Part shown: positions 15,501 to 27,500 of the stretch, piece after piece
Layout: every line of letters starts with the position of its first letter
How positions within the stretch are numbered: the stretch's first letter is position 1
Translations under genes and position numbers: made by a program
Notes under the pieces: model-generated
The model's database searches: none
What the model saw: only the letters and a program-made list of their open reading frames with translations
What the model was told of the DNA's origin: nothing
NCBI GenBank assembly: GCA_963924565.1
Contig: OZ004608.1
Span: 25,730,001 to 25,794,000 of the forward strand
Direction: 5' to 3'
From: Ascidiella aspersa
Lineage: Eukaryota
DNA: 64,000 bases

Positions 15501-18500
15501 CACAAGTAGTTTAGCAACCAGCGAAATATCCACAACAACAGTAACCTTAGAAATGGGCGAAATGTTTAAATCGACGGTGGCTCCATCAACCGGCGAAATT
15601 AACACTGCAAAAGTGTTAACATCAACCCAGGAAACTTTAACAGCAACGGCACCATCAGAAACCAGTGAATTAACGACAGAAATAACCGCACAAGCGACCA
15701 GAAATATGACCACCAAAATAGTATCACCAACAACAATAACAACGTCCACAGCAACAAGAGCATCACAGACTAGCGAAACGTCCGAAAAAACAGAGACGCC
15801 AGAAACCAGCAAAGTTATGACAGCAACGGCAGCATTAGTAACTAGCGAATTGACGACAGTAACACCAGCACCAGCGACCAGCGAAACCACCACAAAAGCG
15901 GTAGCACCAGAAATCAGAAAAACGTCCACAGCAACAACAGCAACACAAACTAGCGAAACGTCCGAACAAACGACGCCATTAGCGACTACCGAAGTTCCCG
16001 CAGAAACGGCAACACCATCTACCAGCGAAATGTCACAAGCAACCATCGAGCCATCAACCAGTAAATCGGTCACAGCAACAACAGCACCGGCAACCAGTCA
16101 AAACACCACAGCAACGGCAGCTTTGGCAACCAGCGAAGATACAATGGCAACAACAGCCCCATTATCTAGGGAATTGACTACAACGATGTCATTGACAACC
16201 AGCCAAACATATGCAAGAGCAGGATCGCTATCCGCAGGTAATATCCGCATAATAGCCATAGGTAAGTTCCCTATGTACACGGTGGACAAGAAAATTTAAC
16301 TATGATTTCGAATTAGAAACAGTCTATTAAATCGCATTTTTTATGAATTTGAATGGCAAGGATTCTTATGTTAGTATTTGTACCTTTTTCGTACAGCCTT
16401 TCAAAAGTGTAAAACTCACATCAGAGGCGTAGCCAGGCTATTTTTCCGTCGACCCCTCCTCTATGTTTAACTACATTTTCTATTACATTAACGTAATATA
16501 CCTTATTTTATACAAAAAACAAAACAAAAAAAAAATTCAAGTTTTAATAGAACATTTTTTTTCCTAAAAAATGTTTGCTTCCGGTGGACCACAGTTACAC
16601 GTTTGGCATTTAACGCCATGTTATTTATAACAAATAAAATAAAAATGTTCGGAGTCGAAAACAAGTGACTTCAACCAAACCAAGAATACATGGGTTAAAA
16701 TTACTGTACACTTTAAATATTTTTTTTTTCAACTTTTATGAAAAAAACACCAAAAGTACGGTAATAAAATATTCAACCATTAAAGAAAAAAAAGCAGGTA
16801 TGAATTTTTAAACCATTGAAGGTGATAAAATAAAGAGAATGCTACTTAATTTAAAAGAAGTTAAAAAATGTTTACATACTTTGTTAATACTTAATAATAC
16901 GTAGCCTATTTACACTTATGTAACACTTCTTATGCAGAACTATTTGAACGCGTTCAAACAAACTCTAAAAATCTTACAAGCAATATTGAAAACTTCCACA
17001 ACTATCTACTACCGACGGGTTCAAGTGTAACATCAATAAGTGACGGCGGTGGTGACATGTACGATGGTGGAAACAAAGCAAGTGTTGCCGCATTTTTTTA
17101 AAACTACACTTTTTTAGGATTGCGTTGGTTAATACGAATTGTTGTACGTCTGTTTTTTGCGTCATATTTTAGAAGATGCGGATTTCCTAACGTTCATAAT
17201 TAATAAGTGAAAAAAACAGAGTTTGTTACTGGAATGTTTAGATCAGGATTTTGTCAGAAAGAAACTTCAGGACTAGTTTCCTGCTTTTATATTAAGTATA
17301 TCGTTACGTTACAATGCAGGTTTAAATTAAAATCTTGTTTTCAGGTGTACTTTGCTGTGGGAAATGCCTCTCGTCGCCTTGCAATATACAACAGAAACTA
17401 TACGTAAGTTAAGAGAATTAAATTGATCTTAGTTAATCAAGATAAGCTATATTTTAATATGTGTGCAATGCAGTTTTATTTAACACCATTTGTTTAGGGG
17501 TCCAACGTACATCTTTAAAGCCATTGTCATGCATCCATTCACAGCCATGTTTCTTCTTAATGGGAATTCAGGTCCAGAGAGATATTCGTTTCAGGTTAGT
17601 CACAATGTTTTAAACTGAGTTGTGAAAAATTATAATGTTGAGTTAAAATGAATATTTTATTTTTCATAAAAGGTGGAATCTAATCTTGGATCCGATGGAA
17701 ACGGCAGATTTCGAAGTTTTACAGGCTCTGTCACATTGAGAAACTACACGTTAAAGTTTGAAGGAGCTCAGGTTTATTCCGCTGGCGACTCTACTGTTTG
17801 CGAAGTTTACTATTTCTTGCCACTTACACCGGTAAGTCAGGAAACTAACCATATGTGCATCAACCTTCCCTTGATCTATACGTGGCCTTCTTTGTTACTG
17901 GTACTATGTGCGTTGAACCAACATATTATTGAGTACATCGTAGATGTACATTATTTAGCATTGGAGTTTTCTCATGTTCAATCAATTAGGCCTATTTAGC
18001 ATTGGAGTTTATTAACAAAAAACACAAGGATCAGTTAGCAATTGTGTTTAGAATTCGAACCGAACCTTCACTTTAACGACTCCAGATCGAGGAAGAGCAG
18101 ATATGAGGAATAACGCTTCTGTTCAATCAGGTGGTGGAGAAGCTGTGCTTGGATTTACACTACTATCAAAGTAAGGTTTTCAACAATATTAAGACTAGAA
18201 AAAATTGTCGTGTTAAAAATTTGTGCAGTACGCAGAATAACAGAACTATATTAAAACTCGCGTGGCACAATTCTGTTTTTTTATCATAATTTTATTCTAT
18301 ATTAATGTATATAAAAAAGCAAACGGCAATATTTTTCATTTCTCTACTAATTTCCCAACCAATATTGCAGACCTTCCGGCGAGCTGGTTACGCAAGAAGA
18401 AATATACGCGACAATGTTTACAATGATGCACGTTATTTTGGATATTCCTCAACCAGGTAGTAAAACAACTATTTTATCTGTTTTTATGTTGCTGAAAACA

Positions 18501-21500
18501 GCGAAATGGTATTAGTTCTTATTTCAGCTCAGTCTGCCACTGTACATCAATGGTGGTTAAACGTTTTGTTAAGCGTATACCCTTCAAATTTTGGTTCTCG
18601 TGTGCCAAGGTAGATATGATATTTTTTAGATATGACGTATTGAAACAAGAAGTTTGAAATTTGCTGTTCATGGCAATAATACACTTAACTCAATTGTAAA
18701 TACATTTAAGAAAATCAAAGCCGTTCTTTAATTAATCTCCTTTCTTTTGAGAAAACATTCTATTTTAGATTATACACTCAGTTTTCAATGAGGCCTTTAC
18801 TGACCAAAAATTCTAGTTCATGTATCCCAAGTGGTTTGATCGACCCCCAGTTTTTCGTTTAAAGGCGTATAAATAAGAAAATTCTCCTGACGTTTGCATT
18901 TATTCGAAATCATTGTTACCCATAGACTACAGCGATTAGATTCTGTTACAAACAAACAACTCCTGACAAATGCGTCAAAAGCCCTACAAACTTTGCCGAC
19001 GACGTCGCAAAAACAATTCCAGAAATACTAGTGTTATAATTATATGATGGTTGCGTTTATTGTGACACTGTGCCTATAGTGACCCCTGTTGCGAAATCGC
19101 GTTTACAAAGCGTATGTTTGTATAGAAATAACTTAGTCTTAGTGAATAACAACACAGTGACACCACATTTCTTGACCTTAATTTTTTTCCTATAAGAACA
19201 CGCGTAAATTTATTATGCAATAATAAATGATCTCAGTTCTCTCCGCATAGATTAATTGTGGTTATGTATTTAATCGTTCTATGGCAGGGGTGGGCAAACT
19301 GCGGCTTGCGAGCCACTTGCGGCTCCCCGGCATGTTTTTTATGGCTCTTCTAATCCAATGCTAAAATTCCAAAAAAATTGTTGCTACCAAGAGTAACTTT
19401 TGTGAATGTTTCTCTCCTTTTCATTTCTTTACTAACTCTAAACATAGAATCTGAAGAGTTAGTTAACAGCAAGTCAACGTAATTTCATTGCTAAGGTTTT
19501 AGAGATTAGCAAATCAAACAAAAGACTGAAATTGATAAATACTGTGTGTGTTGTTTTGTTATTACCTTTATTAATATTGTGTTAATTATTACCGTTTTGT
19601 TATATTACAATTCTGCTATATATTGCTAAGTTTGCATTATTTACCGTTTTTGTATTGAAATAATTTTGAGGCTCTCTGGTACTTGTATTTTCTGCAAATG
19701 GCTTTTGCATTGAATACATGTGCCCACCCCTGTTCTATGGTATTTTTTTAAGTTTGTACATTATTCTCAAATATAAATGCTTGTTTGTTGAAAAAAGCGT
19801 TTTAAACATTTCGCGAAATCTGGATAAAGGGTTGATAGCAAAATATATGTTGCTGGTCGCTGGGGACCCATTCAACAATCGCTTTATACATCAGAACTCG
19901 CATTTACAGACACACATATAATAGTTAACGGTTTACAAATAATTAATTATCCAGACCCTTTTCGAAAAATGATGTAAAATACCTCTTCTGTAACGGGTAT
20001 AACCTATAACGGACTGGTGACGCTGGTAGCCTACCTGGTCCGTTTCGTCACGCTCATAACCAAATTGCCTAAGTATTTTTTACTAATTTTCAAAGTTTTT
20101 GCTTCAGTCACTCCTTGTTACCATCACCAGCTATGGAAAATGTGCTTAGGTCATTTTCCATGTGTTTGTGCAAAAAAATGACTAAGGCATTTTTTGACTT
20201 AGGCCTTTTTCTATAGACGGGGATGGTCACAAGGAGTGATTTCGACAAAAACTCTGAAAATAAAAAAAATGACTTGGGCAATTTGGTTATGAGCGTAATG
20301 AATTATGCGTTTCTGCTGTAGTCATCTACCGCCATTTTACTTCTGACATCGTCTAAAGCACTAATCCTCAAACTGTTTTAACCAGGACCTACTTTTCGTT
20401 TAAATAAAACTACTATGTTACATAACGTGAGGTCATAAGGTTACATTTGAACGTTTTTCATGAAAAAAGTATGATCGTAAGCCGGGTTTTTTTAAGGTTT
20501 GGTTTGGTTTGGGTGACCGCTAAGTAGTGTTTCATTTAAATACCAAAAAGTTGCAAGTCCAAAATTTGGGAAACCGCTGGAGAAATTTGCCCAAAAACAC
20601 CTTAAAAAACACTGAATTCGTAAGAACATCACGCAGTTCGTTTGTTTTATTAAAGTTTGAAGTGGAACAGGTTTTACCTGTCTGTACAAAAATGGGAAAA
20701 TCAGATATTATGATATTCAGGTAGTCTGTTCTAAAGTTTGATATTACCATTAAATATCATTTTCACTGTTTTTCACAAATAAACACCATATTGTCGATAC
20801 AAAGAAATAGTGAATAAGCAACTGTTAATTTTGATTAAGCAACTGCTAATTTTCCTTATGCAACGGGACACAGAATGTGGTGATTTTTGTGTTTTACAGA
20901 TTTGCCGTGGAATAAAGCACTGGAAACATTCACCGGTATGTCTATTGCATGCAAAAACTAAAACAGGCAACGTTCTTTTTAACACTTTTGCAACACATAA
21001 AATTAAAAATTGAATAAATTGGTTTTCTGTAAATATGAATTTATGTTCTCACTAGTTTTAATGACATTTTCTGCTTTACTATTTACAACTAAAACTAAAA
21101 TCAAGTTTACATTACGTTATTTTACAAGAGCGTGTTAATATTTTCCTGGCCTGTCATAGCAAAACTCACCAAACGCGTTCGAACGAACTCCGAAAATCTT
21201 ACAAGCCAAGTTACCAACTTCTACAATTATCTGTTGCCGTCTGGCCGGCGAGTAACATCAATAAGTGACGGCGGACGGGACATGTACGACGGCGGAAACC
21301 AAGTATTAAGTAGCCTATAGCAAAACTTGTTTAACCAGCTTTGCTTGTTTAAAACAGTTTATAATACTTATATAATGGCAATGATAAAGACAAATGGCAA
21401 GTGTATGGAGAAGATACCATGAGACGTTTCGTACATAAAAGGCAATTTGTTAAAGATTATTTGTCAGCAAAGTTGTAAAAGCACATATTACAACCAGTTT

Positions 21501-24500
21501 CTCAGGGGAATTGGTGGTAGTCCTCAGCTAAAATTTCCACCTTCTATTGTCGTAAGTTACTGTAGGGCCTAAAAGTTAGTGTTAGATTTAGACCATGGTT
21601 GCCCGTCTCAGGCGTTTGACAAGTCCAAGGAGAAATGTCACGCTATATTTACGTTTATTTATGAGCTTCAAAACTTGTTTCAATCTTTCACATATTGTAG
21701 CAACTAAATACTTTAAATAACGTTTTTGTAAAAATTTAAAAAAACTATTAGCATACATTTGACTTAAAGCAAAACATATCTAATAAGAAAAATAATATTT
21801 AGTAGCTGATGTTCAAGAAAAGTTCTAACAATTTTTATTTGTAGGTGTACTTTAAAGTGGGTGATCAACCTCGCCGACTTGCAACATACAACAAAAATTA
21901 TACGTAAGTTTGGGTAATAAATGGACCTGTGTTTTATAGTCCAACAGTACCAATATGAGTTTTTCACTACTCTTTCTAGGGCACCTACATTCATCTTTAC
22001 AGCACTTCGTATACACCCATTCACAGCAATGTTTGTCTTTGGTGCCGATTCCGGTCCAAATCAATATTCTTTACAAGTGGGATTTAAATATACCTTTCCT
22101 TTACAGAATAAATAAAGAAATACTTTTTTTCCTTTTTCAAAGGTGGAATCTAATTTAGGATCCGATGGAATCGGTCAATTTAGAGACTTTAACGGTTCGA
22201 TTTCCTTGAGAAATTACACGTTATATTTTGGAGGGGCACAGGTTTATGGTGCCGGTGATGCCACTGTTTGCGAAGTTTATTTTTTCCTTCCACTTAAGCC
22301 GGTAAGTAAACAAAGTGACTAGATATACATTAATTATTGTATCTCGTCTTGCAAATTGCTAGATTCTTGAGCCCGTTCTGAGTTTGGGTCAGGCCTGTCA
22401 CTATGTAGAAACATGTTGCTCACACCTCGCTTAGACATAAAGAAGGCTGTTTAACTTTTGACCATATTTGATAGAACGTTAGTTAAGCACACCCAGTTGG
22501 TGTTTTAAAACTCGACTCGTCACGACTATAGATTAATTCTTGCAATGGTCGGCAACATTGGCTATCTGTTATGGATATATATATACAATATACATGTTAC
22601 TGCTTACGAACATCGTAAGGTTCTGGCTCCGGATATTTTATAAAAGTAGGTTTTATTTTTTATTTTACTTCACATATTATAGAAACAATGAAGCAAGCTT
22701 TATTTATTTGCGTGAAACAACTTTGAGTTGGGCATTGTCTTAGATTGCAGTTCGCAAAAATTTAAGTCAATTGTCTTATAACAGTGATACCTAAAATGTA
22801 TGCCAAGCGACTGTTAAGTGATGCTGCGACTTTGTTTTAGCTTTTTTAATGTGTCGTATGCTAAAAAATATATGAAAACCACTACCGTATACCGTTAAAA
22901 TCAGAGTTGACTATGTGTAAATTCTTGCAGCAGCATAAAAGTTTTTACAGATTCTATATTGATAATACCTTCTCTATGCCGGTTGAACCACCGATTTGGT
23001 TAAAGGGTATAGCATTTGAGAGAGAACACACATATTTAGCCACTGCACAATGCAATGTCTAAAGAAATATAAACGCTGCGGACTGAATGGTGATTTAAAA
23101 TTGACGGCTCCTATATAAATTTTCGAAACTAAATTTAATTTGTAAGCGAAATCCTACGCGGGTCCCTCTTGCTTTTGGGCCTCGGTGCAGGACTGCACCC
23201 CTGGTATTTACTGCCCTGAGCGCATATTAAATAACATCCGTGTTTAGAATTTGAACCAAACTTTCGCTGTGACGACTCCAGATCTAGGAAGACGAACGAT
23301 GAGGAATAATGCATCTGTTCAATCAGATGGTGGCGAAGCTGTGTTTGGATATACACTACTGTCGAAGTAAGGTTCACAAAAATGATGTATTGGATTAAGT
23401 AGAAGCATATTTATTCCGCAATATTGTGATAAAACAATTCAAAAGAAGTTCGTCAACAAATATATCAATATTTTAGAGTTTCTGGCGAGGAGATTTTGAA
23501 CACGGAAATTAATGCGACAATGTTTACAATGATGCAAGTTATTTTGGACATTCCTCAACCAGGTGAAACAGTAACCTATGTTTAGTTCCTGAAAACTACG
23601 ACATGCTATTGGTTCTCGTTTCAACTATAGTAGCTCGCTGTTGAAATATTTGTATAGTGTTTGAGAGAGTCTCAAAACAACTCTTTGTTTATGCGGGAAT
23701 ATACAAAATTACTGTTTTGTTCTATGCTGAATTTTTTTTTGTCCACCAATGGTGAATAATAGAACTGTGGGAAAGTAGACTATAGTAAAGAAGATAGGGG
23801 ATGTGGCTGGCTTATTCCCATTGGCCAAGAAAGTTGTTGGAAATTTCTGAATGGGTCAGTAGTATCTGAGCCCATAGTCCTCGGACAACCTGTTTCCACT
23901 AGGGATCAGGTGCTGCCACGAAATAGAGTCTGAGTTTGAATTGAGCATGGCAGTAGTGAACATTTTAATCTATTTGTTTGTGGTGTTGGGTATGGTTAGG
24001 TTTAATATATTGGTAAAGGTGTGTTGAATATAAGTTGAATTTGCCTTTAATTGTATAGCGAAAAAAAAACAGGTTCCCCTAGGGCAGGGATTCCCAACCT
24101 TACGATCTAGTACAACTTGGACGCTCTGAGTACCACTTGGACGCTCTGTACTGCCACGCGTACCATGTAACTGTTATTGAACATTTTATTCCAAAATATT
24201 TTATCTTAAACCTAGCATTTTTACGCTATTTGTAGCTTAAGCTATAAAACAGTAGATGATATTTATCAAGATGATATCTATCATTAAGCTATAAAACAGT
24301 AGATGATATCTATCTAATTACGTAACAATAAGAATAGGCTTCGGGGAATTTGGTTTGGTAAACAAAACAAAATAAACAAAATAAAAAGTTGTAAAATTAT
24401 TTTTTTGTGAAAAAAAAAACAGAAGCTATACTTGCGTACCACCTGTAACACCTTCGCGTACCTCTAGTGCAGCGTTTCTCAACCGGTGCGCCATGGAAGG

Positions 24501-27500
24501 CTGCCAGGTGCGCCGCGAGCAAAAGGAAAAAATAGTTTAATATATAAAACATGTATTTTTACTTTTCTATTAGGCTTAGCTCAGCGTGGTCCAACTGCAG
24601 GCCCGCGGGCCAAAGTTGGCCCGCGAACTGATAGTCAGCTTTGCTTCAATCTAGCAATATCACTTCAATTTTTGTTTTTTTAATTTTTTGGTGTTTAAAT
24701 TATTTCATAACTACCCTAACTGAACAAAGGTATACATTCCATAAAGCTAGTATATACGCCATAGACTATGTATAATTTGCCAGCAATAAGCCTATGAATC
24801 GCAATTTAAAAACATTGGCCCGCAAGATAAAATAAACCTTGTTTTTGGCCCGCGATGAAAAGAAGTTGGACCACCCTGGCTTAGCTGATTTATTCCACAG
24901 TACTTTCAAGTAGAAAACACAGGAATACCTACAAAGCAACAATATCTAAGTCAGATTCTCTATAATACCATATAATTAAGACCAACGACATAATAACGCC
25001 AAATTCGCAATAATATCCACGACAGAATAAAAATCTAAAATAGTCTAGATAAGATCTAAACATGTCGAATTAAGCCCCAAATTAATCGGAATAAGCCAAA
25101 ATTACGCCTAGTACTGTAACGAAAGGGTATGGGATGATTGGGGGACACATGTCTGGCATTGGCCGTTTGCTATCTTTTAGGGCTCCGCTGTTTTGGCCTC
25201 GGATTTTTGCCTCTGTTTGGGCTTATAGGCGGTAGTTGGTGGTGTTAGCAATTGGGCTAGGGTTAGAAATACTCGGGGAGTTTGTGTTAGTTATGGGTGG
25301 TGTTTGGGGTTAGATAAAAGGTTGTATTGGCCTTATTTTGGCGATTTAGGTCTGATTCCGATTTCGTTATTTTTACGCCTTATTCCTAACCGGCTTTTAT
25401 TCCGAAGTTGACGTTGTTCTTATTTTGGTCTCAAGGCTGGATCTCTTCAAAGATATGCAACTATAACCTATATAATAAAAAATGGCAAGCAATTAAGAGT
25501 AATACAGGTACACCTCAAAAATTTTGCGCTCGCTAAACGTTTTAAAATAGCTTTTTAAGAAAATTTAAGAAACACTGCTCTAGCGGTACGCGTACCACAG
25601 GTTAGGAACCACTCTCCTAGGGAAAAAGAGGACTCCTATGCAAATTACATCCACACGAAGCTATTTAACTTATTGAAAAATAAATCTCAAATTTGTATTA
25701 GACCGGATTTTCAGCTGTGACTTGAGAAAAGTGTTTTGTAGATTATTTATTTTAGGACGTCACATTGGGACGAAATGTTGTGATGTCATTTCTAAAAAAA
25801 TTCTAGACCCTCAGCAAAACAAAAATCCTGTATCCCCCCCTGCTCACGTACGACAACGGTTATTATGAAACATATTGTTTAAAATGTAGAGAAAAAATTG
25901 ATTTTTACAAAAGATTAATTTTATTATCTGTTGCAGAAAAATACACTTCTGCCACCAAAGAAACAAACACAGGTATAATTTATTCAATCAATGGAGTGGA
26001 TAAGACAATCAAATAGCCTAAACACTGCTTAAATTAAAATTAGTTCTAAACATGCTTTATATTTTCATAACATTGGCAATATTCTTACCTTTTCCTTCGA
26101 GGAAAATATATATATATATATAATAGATTAACACTTAGGTAAGACCTGTATTTGCAGAATTATTTGAACGCGTTCGAACAAACTCCATAAATCTTACAAG
26201 CAAGGTTGAAAACTTCCACAACTATTTATTGCCGACCGGTTCAAGTGTAACTTCAATAAGTGATGGCGGTGGTGACATGTACGACCGTGGAAACAAAGTA
26301 AGTGTTTCCGCACTTTTTTTAAAGAACCATAGTACACGCCGGCTAAGATTTTCCTACCAGATACAATCGTGAAAAAAGAAGGTTTAGTTTAGCATTTCGT
26401 CCGAAAGTAATTTCATGACTTGATTCCTGTTTTGAAATCTAAATATATCGTTGCATTGTAATGCAAGTTAATATTTCAACTTTTTTTAGGTGTACTTTAA
26501 AGTGGGAAATGCGCCTCGCCGTCTTGCAATATACAACAGAAATTACACGTAAGTTAAGAGAATTAAATTGATCTTGGTTAATCAAGATAATCTATCCTTT
26601 AATATGTATGTAATGCAGTTTTATTTAACACCATTTGTTTAGGGGTCCAACGTACATCTTTAAAGCCATTGTCATGCATCCATTCACAGCCATGTTTTTT
26701 CTTAATGCAAATTCAGGTCCGGAGAGGTATTCTTTACAGGTTAGCCAAAATGTTTTAAATTGACTTGTGAAGAATTATAATGTTGAATTGAAATAAAGAT
26801 AACATTTTTTTATAAAAGGTGGAATCCAATCTAGGATCCGATGGAAACGGTAGGTTTCTAAGTTTTACAGGCTCTGTCAAATCGAGAAACTACACGTTAC
26901 AGTTTGGAGGGGCACAGGTTTATTCCGCTGGCGACTCCACTGTTTGTGAAGTTTACTTTTTCTTGCCACTTACACCGGTAAGTTAACAAACTAACATAAA
27001 TGCATTAACATCCCCTTGATGTACATGTGGCTTTCTTTGGGATTTTGTACATTGAACCACATATTAATGGTGTGAAACTTTTAAAATGTTTATATTGTTA
27101 TTACTGGTGTACACCATATAAACTAGCCTTAAAATACAGGTATATTGTTAAATAATATAAAGTCGTAAATATGTTTCCATTATTTAGCAGGAATTTTATT
27201 AACAAAATGGTTGGAGTTTTCCTAACTGAAAGCACAAGGATCAGTTAATGTAAAAAGGGCTATGTAAAAAATTTGTTAATAATTGTGTTTAGAATTCGAA
27301 CCGAACTTTCGCTGTGACGACTCCAGATCGAGGAAGAGCAAATATGAGGAATAACGCTTCTGTTCAATCAGGTGGTGGCGAAGCTGTGCTTGGATTTACA
27401 TTACTATCAAAGTAAGGTTCAGGGCAAACATGTAGGAACTAACAAAAGCTGATTTGCTTGTAAACTGATTTACCAAAACATTATAATACCTTTGAGATTA

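Noticed and set aside
15417-16289. Minus-strand Val-rich ORFs (218 aa and 63 aa)
   Set aside because: Antisense shadow of the ACN/GCN-rich mucin exon, with no independent evidence of coding.
20482-20614. Small copy-1-specific insertion with inverted ends
   Set aside because: Probably a MITE, but the TSD and termini are too degenerate to call with confidence.
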